Below are positions 57,157-64,000 of a stretch of DNA of 64,000 bases, one piece after another. The position numbers were made by a program, and so were the translations under genes. The stretch is from Candidatus Latescibacterota bacterium (GTDB lineage Bacteria; Latescibacterota; UBA2968; UBA8231), in contig OZ242214.1 in NCBI GenBank assembly GCA_965206595.1, positions 4,064,001-4,128,000 of the forward strand. The letters are read 5' to 3'. The notes under the pieces were generated by a model that was not told the DNA's origin, did no database searches, and saw only the letters and a list, made by a program, of their open reading frames with translations. Position 1 is the first letter of the stretch. Every line of letters begins with the position of its first letter.

Positions 57157-59139
57157 ATGAAGCTGCTTCCCGTTCGCACAGTTGCTGTCATTGCGGCGCT
57201 GGCCCCCGCTCTGTCGCCACCGGGAGACGCAGAGGCCGCAACAACCTCAGCCGCCGCCTCGGCCGGCGGAATCTCCGGAGATGCCTGGCCCCGGACCTGG
57301 TTCGAGCCGCCCAGGACCGCATCCGAGCTCGGCATCGACAGCTTCCGCCAGTCGCCCTTGCTCGACGCCCAGGTGGCCGCCGGGGAGCTGCCCCCGGTAG
57401 AGGAGCGGCTCCCCGAGGACCCGATCGTCGCCGAGCCGTATCGTCGCATCGGCAAGTACGGGGGCACGGCCTCGATATTCGAGCCGGGCGTCTGGATCCT
57501 CAACCCGACCGAAGGGCCGTACCGGGTCGGCCCGCAGCTGAGCCGCAACCTGCCGAACTTCGCCGAGAGCGCCGAGTTCAGCGACGGCGGGCGAACCGTG
57601 ACCATCACCCTGCGCAAGGGGATCAGGTGGTCGGACGGGCATCCGCTGACAGCCGATGACTTCGCCTTCGACCTCGAGCACATAGAGCTGAACACCGACC
57701 TGACCCCGGTGGTGCTGCCGCTGTTCAAGGGAGCGAGGATCGAGATCCACGATCCCCAAAGGTTCAGCTACCACTTTCCGACGCCGCGGCCGCTGCTGCT
57801 CAAGTACATGGCCCACAGCGGCGAGCGCCTGCTGGGGCCTGCCCACTTCCTCAAGCGCTACCACCCGGCCTTCACCGACACGGCGCAGCTCGAGCGCGAG
57901 GCCGTGGAGCAGGGGCTGCAGGACTGGCGCAAGTACTTCGAGGTGGTCAACAGCATCCACGACCTCAAGGTCTTCCACCGGCCCGTCTTCTCGGCCTTCG
58001 CCGTCGTCAGCAAGACCTCGACCCGCTCCCGCTACCGGCGCAACCCCTACTACTTCAAGGTCGATCCCGAGGGCAACCAGCTTCCCTACATCGACTTCCT
58101 CGAGGTGCAGAAGGTCGGCAGCAAGGAGATCATGGCGGCCAAGGCCTCCACCGGCCAGGTGACGGTGGCCGGGCGCCAGCTGATGACGGCGGACATCCCG
58201 CTGTTCAAGCGCTACGAGGAGGAGAACGGGTACACGACCTACATCTGGCCGCGCTGCTACGGGTCCGACGTCGTCTTCCAGCTCAACATCACCCACCCGG
58301 AAGAGCGCCTGCGCCGGATCTTCGCAGACGCGAACTTTCGCCGCGCCATGTCGCTGGCCCTCGACCGCGACGAGATCAACGACATCCTCTATTTCGGGCA
58401 GGCGGTGCCGCGGCAGCTGACCGTCGTCCCCTCGAGCGAGTACTTCGAGCCCGCCTTCGCCGCGGCCTGGGCAACGCACGACCCGGAGAGGGCGGCGGCG
58501 CTTTTCGACGAGGCCGGGGTGCGCGACGGCGATGGCGACGGGTTCCGCGAGGGGCCGGACGGCGAGCCGCTGCACATCACCCTCGAGTACAGCCTGGGCG
58601 AGACCCCCAAGCAGAACACGGTCGAGCTGGCGGTCGCCCACTGGCGCGAGGCCGGCATACGGGTCGGCAGCAAGCAGATCAGCGGCTCCCTGCTGGCGAC
58701 GCGGGCAAAGGCCGGGCTCATGGACATGACCTTGTGGCACGCCGACCGGCAGGCGGACATCCTGTTTCCGATCGAGCCGTTCTGGTTCGTGCCGATGCAC
58801 ATCGGGCAGGAGCAGGGGGTGTGGTCGAAGTGGTCGCGGTGGTACCTGTCGCGCGGGCAGCTCGGATGGGAGCCCTCCGCGGAGGGGAAGCAGCTGCTCG
58901 CCTGGTGGGAGCGGCTGCGGCGGACCTCGGACGAGGAGGAGCGCCGCGAGATGGCCCGCAAGATCCTCGCCAGCCAGGCGCAGAACGTCTGGGGTATCGG
59001 GGTCGCCGGGCTCGCCCCCCACCCGGTGATCGTCCACGACGACCTGAAGAACGTGCCGGACCGGGGCTACTGGGGCTGGGACTCGCGCTGGTCCTGGCCC
59101 TACTACCCGGAGACCTGGTACCTGGATCCGGAGGGCTAG
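57157..59139 (+). CDS. ABC transporter substrate-binding protein, family 5
   Basis: Signal peptide; GELPPVEERLP, LRKGIRWSDGHPLTADD, RNPYYFKVDPEGNQLPYID. Confidence 0.95.
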   Translation: MKLLPVRTVAVIAALAPALSPPGDAEAATTSAAASAGGISGDAWPRTWFEPPRTASELGIDSFRQSPLLDAQVAAGELPPVEERLPEDPIVAEPYRRIGKYGGTASIFEPGVWILNPTEGPYRVGPQLSRNLPNFAESAEFSDGGRTVTITLRKGIRWSDGHPLTADDFAFDLEHIELNTDLTPVVLPLFKGARIEIHDPQRFSYHFPTPRPLLLKYMAHSGERLLGPAHFLKRYHPAFTDTAQLEREAVEQGLQDWRKYFEVVNSIHDLKVFHRPVFSAFAVVSKTSTRSRYRRNPYYFKVDPEGNQLPYIDFLEVQKVGSKEIMAAKASTGQVTVAGRQLMTADIPLFKRYEEENGYTTYIWPRCYGSDVVFQLNITHPEERLRRIFADANFRRAMSLALDRDEINDILYFGQAVPRQLTVVPSSEYFEPAFAAAWATHDPERAAALFDEAGVRDGDGDGFREGPDGEPLHITLEYSLGETPKQNTVELAVAHWREAGIRVGSKQISGSLLATRAKAGLMDMTLWHADRQADILFPIEPFWFVPMHIGQEQGVWSKWSRWYLSRGQLGWEPSAEGKQLLAWWERLRRTSDEEERREMARKILASQAQNVWGIGVAGLAPHPVIVHDDLKNVPDRGYWGWDSRWSWPYYPETWYLDPEG

Positions 59140-59143
59140 CGAC

Positions 59144-60127
59144 TTGGCCGGCTACATCCTCAGGCGCATGCTGCTCATGATCCCGACGCTGCTGGTGATC
59201 TCGGTGCTGGTGTTCGTCATCATCCAGCTGCCGCCGGGCGACATCATCACCTCGCGCCTGTCCGAGCTGCAGCAGCAGGGCCGCGACATCTCGGAAGAGG
59301 CGGTCGCCGCCCTGCGCCAGCGCTATCACCTCAACGATCCGCTGCCGGTCCAGTACTGGCGCTGGATCACCGGCTTCGTCCGCGGCGACATGGGGTACTC
59401 GGTCATGTACGGGCAGTCGGTGGGCACCCTGATCTGGGAACGGCTCGGCTACACCCTGGTGCTGACCTTCTCGGCGACCCTGTTCACCTGGCTGGTCGCC
59501 TTTCCCGTCGGGGTGCTGTCGGCGTTGCGCCAATACTCCGCCTTCGACTACGCCGCCACGGTGCTTGCCTTTCTCGGGCTGGCGACCCCGAACTTCCTGC
59601 TCGCCCTGGTGCTGATGTACATCGGCTACGACTGGTTCGGCATCGCCATAGGGGGGCTGTTCTCCCCGGAGTACGCCTCGGCGCCCTGGAGCGGGGCCAA
59701 GCTCGTCGACCTGCTGTCGCACCTGTGGATCCCGGCGGTCGTCCTGGGCACCGCGGGCATGGCCGGGCTGATGCGCGTCATGCGCGCCAACCTGCTCGAC
59801 GAGCTGGGCAAGCCGTACGTGACCACCGCCCTGGCCAAGGGGCTGAGCCCGGGGCGGCTGGTGGTCAAGTACCCGATGCGCATCGCCATCAACCCCTTCA
59901 TCAGCACCGTCGGCTGGATGCTGCCGCACCTGCTGTCCGGGGCCGCCATCACCAGCGTCGTCCTCAGCCTGCCGACCACCGGGCCGCTGCTGCTCGAGTC
60001 GCTCAAGAACCAGGACATGTACCTCGCCGGCAGCTTCCTGATGATGCTCAGCACCCTGACCGTGATCGGCACCCTGATCTCCGACATCCTGCTGGCCGCG
60101 GTCGACCCGAGGATCCGCTACGAATGA
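59144..60127 (+). CDS. ABC transporter permease (DppB/OppB-like)
   Basis: YILRRML...LPPGD, MRANLLDELGKPYVTTALAKGL, DPRIRY. Confidence 0.95.
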   Translation: MAGYILRRMLLMIPTLLVISVLVFVIIQLPPGDIITSRLSELQQQGRDISEEAVAALRQRYHLNDPLPVQYWRWITGFVRGDMGYSVMYGQSVGTLIWERLGYTLVLTFSATLFTWLVAFPVGVLSALRQYSAFDYAATVLAFLGLATPNFLLALVLMYIGYDWFGIAIGGLFSPEYASAPWSGAKLVDLLSHLWIPAVVLGTAGMAGLMRVMRANLLDELGKPYVTTALAKGLSPGRLVVKYPMRIAINPFISTVGWMLPHLLSGAAITSVVLSLPTTGPLLLESLKNQDMYLAGSFLMMLSTLTVIGTLISDILLAAVDPRIRYE

Positions 60128-61260
60128 GCGAGCCGGCGACCAGCGTCACGCATTCCCCGGAAGCGGCCGCGGCCGCGGGGGAGGATCTCTACTTCGCCTC
60201 GCAGTGGAGGCTGATGTGGCTGCGCTTCCGCCGCCACCGGCTGGCGCTGGCCGGGGGGGCCGTCCTTCTGGCCCTGTACTTCGCCGCGGCCTTCTGCGAG
60301 TTCCTGGCGCCGCTGTCCCCGGACCGGAGACACGCCCGCTACGTGCAGTGTCCGCCGCAGAAGATCCGCTTCTTCGATGCCGAAGGATCCTTCCACCTGC
60401 GGCCGTTCATCTACGGACTCGAGAGAGAAGGGGTGGACGAATGGCAGCGCCGCTACGTGCCCGACACCGAAGTCGTGTACCCGCTGCGGCTGTTCGCCAC
60501 CGGGGCGGAGTACGAAATGTGGGGGCTGTTCAGCGCCGACCTGCACCTGTTCGCCGCCGGGGAGGGGGCGCCGCTGTTCCTGTTCGGCACCGACGATCTC
60601 GGCCGCGACCTGTTCAGCCGCGTTCTCTACGGCTCCCGCATCTCCCTCACCATCGGGCTCGTCGGGGTGGCGCTGACCTTCTTCATCGGCATCCTGCTCG
60701 GCGGCCTCGCCGGGTACTTCGGCGGCTGGCCGGACATCCTGGTGCAGCGCTGCATCGAGATCCTGATGAGCATTCCGCAGCTGCCGCTGTGGATGGCCCT
60801 GAGCGCGGCGCTGCCGGCGGACTGGCCGCCGCTGGGGACCTATTTCGGCATCACCCTCATCCTCTCGCTGATGGGCTGGACCGGGCTCGCCCGGGTGGTG
60901 CGCGGCCGCTTCCTGTCGCTGCGCGAGGAGGATTTCGTCGTTGCCGCGCGCCTCTCCGGGACCGGCGAGCTCGGCATCATCTTCCGGCACCTGCTGCCCT
61001 CGTTCCTGAGCCACGTTATCACCTCGGCGACCCTGGCGGTGCCGGGGATGATCCTCGGGGAGACGGCGCTCAGCTTCCTCGGGATAGGGCTGCGCTCACC
61101 GGTGGTGAGCTGGGGGGTGCTGCTGCAGAAGGCGCAGAATTTCCAGGCGGTGGCCATGGCCCCCTGGCTGCTGCTGCCGGGGCTGTTCATCGTCGTCGCC
61201 GTGCTCGCTTTCAACCTCGTCGGAGACGGCATGCGGGATGCCGCCGACCCCTACAGTTGA
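60124..61260 (+). CDS. ABC transporter permease (DppC/OppC-like)
   Basis: FGTDDLGRDLFSR, LREEDFVVAARLSG, GDGMRDAADPY; ATGA coupling. Confidence 0.95.
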   Translation: MSEPATSVTHSPEAAAAAGEDLYFASQWRLMWLRFRRHRLALAGGAVLLALYFAAAFCEFLAPLSPDRRHARYVQCPPQKIRFFDAEGSFHLRPFIYGLEREGVDEWQRRYVPDTEVVYPLRLFATGAEYEMWGLFSADLHLFAAGEGAPLFLFGTDDLGRDLFSRVLYGSRISLTIGLVGVALTFFIGILLGGLAGYFGGWPDILVQRCIEILMSIPQLPLWMALSAALPADWPPLGTYFGITLILSLMGWTGLARVVRGRFLSLREEDFVVAARLSGTGELGIIFRHLLPSFLSHVITSATLAVPGMILGETALSFLGIGLRSPVVSWGVLLQKAQNFQAVAMAPWLLLPGLFIVVAVLAFNLVGDGMRDAADPYS

Positions 61261-61288
61261 TCCGATGGGATTCGATGGATCGGCCGGC

Positions 61289-62338
61289 ATGACCGCAGGC
61301 CCCGGCAGGACAGCTTCCCGGGAACCCCTGCTCGAGGTGCGCGACCTCGAGGTCCGCATCGAGCGGGACACCGGGGTGGTGCGGCCGCTCAACGGCGTCA
61401 GCTTCCGCGTCGAGGAGGGGCAGTCGGTGGCCATCGTCGGGGAGAGCGGCTGCGGAAAGACCATGGCGGCGAACGCCCTGCTGCGTATTCTGCCGCGGTC
61501 CTCCGAGATCACCGGGGGCGAGATGCTCTTCCGGCCCGGGAACGGCGGATCCGCGGTCGACCTGGCGCGGCTCGACCCGGGCGGCAGGGAGATGCGCGCC
61601 ATCCGCGGCGGCGAAATCTCGATGATCTTCCAGGAGCCGATGACGGCCTTCTCGCCGGTGCACACCATCGGCAACCAGATCGCCGAGATGATCCGCCTGC
61701 ACGACGGCGCTCTCGACGCGGAGCAGCGGCGGCAGCGCGTGGCCGAGCTGCTCGACCGGGTGGGGATTCCGCAGCCCGCGGAGCGCGCCCGCGACTACCC
61801 GTTCCAACTTTCGGGGGGGATGCGGCAGCGCGCCATGATCGCCATGGCGCTGGCGAGCAGTCCCCGCCTGCTGATCGCGGACGAGCCGACCACCGCCCTC
61901 GACGTCACCGTGCAGGCGCGAGTGCTCAAGCTGATCGAGCGCATGCAGCGGGAGCTCGACCTGGCGCTGATGCTGATCACCCACGACCTCGGGGTGGTCG
62001 CGCACACGGTGAGCTACGTGTACGTCATGTACCTCGGCCGCGTCGTCGAGGAGGGCCCGGTGGAGAGGATCTTCGATGCGCCGGCGCACCCGTACACCGC
62101 CGCCCTGCTGCGCTCGATACCCAACCTCGCGGCCAGGGCGGAAAAGCTCGAGCCGATCGAGGGGAGCGTTCCCAGCGCCCATGCGCTGCCGTCCGGATGC
62201 CCCTTTCACCCCCGCTGCCGCGAGAAGGTGGGGGAGGTCTGCGAACGGGAGATGCCGGGGCGCGTCGCGGTGCGGCCGGGCCATTTCGCCAGCTGTTTCA
62301 AGCTGACCGACGGAACCGGGGAAGGGGAAAATGGCTGA
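61289..62338 (+). CDS. ABC transporter ATP-binding protein (DppD/OppD-like)
   Basis: [26 protein letters not shown]-terminal CPFHPRC. Confidence 0.95.
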   Translation: MTAGPGRTASREPLLEVRDLEVRIERDTGVVRPLNGVSFRVEEGQSVAIVGESGCGKTMAANALLRILPRSSEITGGEMLFRPGNGGSAVDLARLDPGGREMRAIRGGEISMIFQEPMTAFSPVHTIGNQIAEMIRLHDGALDAEQRRQRVAELLDRVGIPQPAERARDYPFQLSGGMRQRAMIAMALASSPRLLIADEPTTALDVTVQARVLKLIERMQRELDLALMLITHDLGVVAHTVSYVYVMYLGRVVEEGPVERIFDAPAHPYTAALLRSIPNLAARAEKLEPIEGSVPSAHALPSGCPFHPRCREKVGEVCEREMPGRVAVRPGHFASCFKLTDGTGEGENG

Positions 62339-63374
62339 GCTGCCCGGCGGGACGATCCTGCAGGTCGACGGCCTCAGCAAGCACTTCCCGGTGCGGCGGG
62401 GGCTGCTGCGCCGGGTCGCGGGAACGGTCCGCGCGGTCGACGGCGTCAGCTTCCGCCTCGACGCCGGGCACACCCTGGGGCTGGTCGGGGAGAGCGGCTG
62501 CGGCAAGACCACCACCGGGCGTCTGATCCTGCGCGCTCTCGACCCGACCGCCGGCAGCATTCTCTTCAGGCGCGGCGACGGACAGGTGGTCGACCTTGCC
62601 CGGCTCGAGGGCCGCGCGATCGTGGAGGCGCGCCGCGACATGCAGATGATCTTCCAGGACCCGTACTCCTCCCTGAATCCCCGCATGCCGGTGATGGACC
62701 TGATCTCCGAGCCGCTCAGGGCCCGGGGCTGGGACCGCGGCCGCTGCGAGCGCCGCGTCGCCGAGCTGATGGAGCGGGTTGGGCTCGACCCGCGCTACAT
62801 CCGCCGCTACCCCCACGCCTTCAGCGGCGGCCAGCGGCAGCGCATCGGCATCGCCCGCGCCCTGGCGGTCAGCCCCTCGCTGATCGTCGCCGACGAGCCG
62901 GTCTCCGCCCTCGACGTCAGCGTGCAGGCGCAGATCCTCAACCTGCTGCGGCAGCTGCAGCGGGAGCTGAAGCTGACTCTCCTGTTCATCGCCCACGATC
63001 TCAGCGTGGTGCGCTACCTGTGCGACCGCGTCGCCGTGATGTACCGGGGCCGCCTTGTCGAGCAGGGGGAGACTGAGACGCTGTTCACCAGGCCGCGGCA
63101 TCCCTACACCGCGACCCTGCTGCACGCGGCGCCGCCGCCCGACCCGCACGCTCCCTGGAGGGTCGCCGGGGAGGAGGACGCCGATGCCGCGGGGGAACCA
63201 CCGGGGGCTTCCGATGCGGTGGAGGGGGGTTGCGCCTTCGCGCCCAGATGCCGGCACTGCGTCGACCTCTGCCGCAGCCGGGAGCCGGCGCTCGAGGAGA
63301 CCGGCAGCGAGGGCGGGTTTCCGCACGTCGCCGCCTGCCACCGCAAGCAGGAGATCGAACTGCAGGGCCTGTGA
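62331..63374 (+). CDS. ABC transporter ATP-binding protein (DppF/OppF-like)
   Basis: [27 protein letters not shown]. Confidence 0.95.
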   Translation: MAELPGGTILQVDGLSKHFPVRRGLLRRVAGTVRAVDGVSFRLDAGHTLGLVGESGCGKTTTGRLILRALDPTAGSILFRRGDGQVVDLARLEGRAIVEARRDMQMIFQDPYSSLNPRMPVMDLISEPLRARGWDRGRCERRVAELMERVGLDPRYIRRYPHAFSGGQRQRIGIARALAVSPSLIVADEPVSALDVSVQAQILNLLRQLQRELKLTLLFIAHDLSVVRYLCDRVAVMYRGRLVEQGETETLFTRPRHPYTATLLHAAPPPDPHAPWRVAGEEDADAAGEPPGASDAVEGGCAFAPRCRHCVDLCRSREPALEETGSEGGFPHVAACHRKQEIELQGL

Positions 63375-63393
63375 CCGCGGGGCGGCGGTCAGG

Positions 63394-64000
63394 TCAATCG
63401 AGGTTGTAGGCGCGCGCCGCGGTGTCGTGGAACAGGGCCCTGAGCTCGTCTTCCTCCAGGTCCCGCGTCCAATCCAGGAAAAGCCCGTACAGCGCCGCGA
63501 ACGAGATCCCGCGGATCTTGTCGACCGGGTAGTTGCTGGCGAACATGCAGCGCTCCGGGCCGAAGACGTCGATCACCTCGCGGACGAGATCCCGCACCTT
63601 GGCCTGCCTGCCGGGGTCGCTGTGAAACCCGGCGCGGGCGAACCACAGCATCGACAGCTTGATGCAGATATTCGGCAGCGAAGCCAGGCCCTCGATGCCG
63701 TCGCGCCACAGCTCCTCGTGGGCGTCGTCCTCGCCGTCGTGGAGGAATCCGAGATGGTTGGCGACGACTCGCAGGCCGGCAAAGTCCGCGAACACCCTGA
63801 CGGCGCCGGGGATCTGGTGGGGATGGCAAGAGAGATCGAAGGCGAGGCCGCGGCTGGCGAGCAACTCGAGGCCCTCGCGGAACCGGGGAGTGTGCATGAG
63901 CTCGCCGCCGGCGACCTGCGGCCAGGTGAGATCCGGGTTGTCCGGGTGGTGGTTGAGGATCATGCGGACCCCGCGCAGCCGCGAGGAGGAGGCCTCGATA
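63394..64000 (-). CDS. Amidohydrolase_2-family protein (lactonase-like), 5' end outside the window
   Basis: RGVRMIL, GLAFDL, VANHLG, NICIKLS, FGPERCMFASNYPVD. Confidence 0.88.
   Translation of the reverse strand, partial: IEASSSRLRGVRMILNHHPDNPDLTWPQVAGGELMHTPRFREGLELLASRGLAFDLSCHPHQIPGAVRVFADFAGLRVVANHLGFLHDGEDDAHEELWRDGIEGLASLPNICIKLSMLWFARAGFHSDPGRQAKVRDLVREVIDVFGPERCMFASNYPVDKIRGISFAALYGLFLDWTRDLEEDELRALFHDTAARAYNLD

Overview
High-GC bacterial DNA. Secreted proteins with FlgD-Ig/CTD-like tails, PhyH, Gfo/Idh/MocA, GHL10-like and family-5 ABC genes suggest a Ca. Latescibacterota-like host (inference only). Bases 1-48.7 kb are a heavily rearranged mobile/defence mosaic. It holds IS3, IS701, ISL3, IS66, tandem IS630, IS5, IS1380 and IS256, plus eight fragments of an IS91/ISCR-type rolling-circle element, all on the + strand and six keeping an oriIS-like end. 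These fragments divide the region into cargo blocks. Defence and TA cargo: GmrSD-like nuclease, truncated HsdM, AbiE, HicBA, VapBC remnants, a RelE-like toxin with an unknown partner, PD-(D/E)XK and HEPN-like ORFs, and a DUF6361-like/PLD-like pair. Metabolic cargo: oxidoreductases, LLM, PhyH, DpaL and a SoxR-Rieske module. Bases 48.7-56.7 kb encode a giant FN3/cadherin/Calx-beta-like surface protein. Bases 57-64 kb hold an intact Dpp/Opp-type ABC operon and an amidohydrolase. Many single-base frameshifts may be long-read errors, so pseudogene calls are provisional. No CRISPR, tRNA or rRNA was seen.
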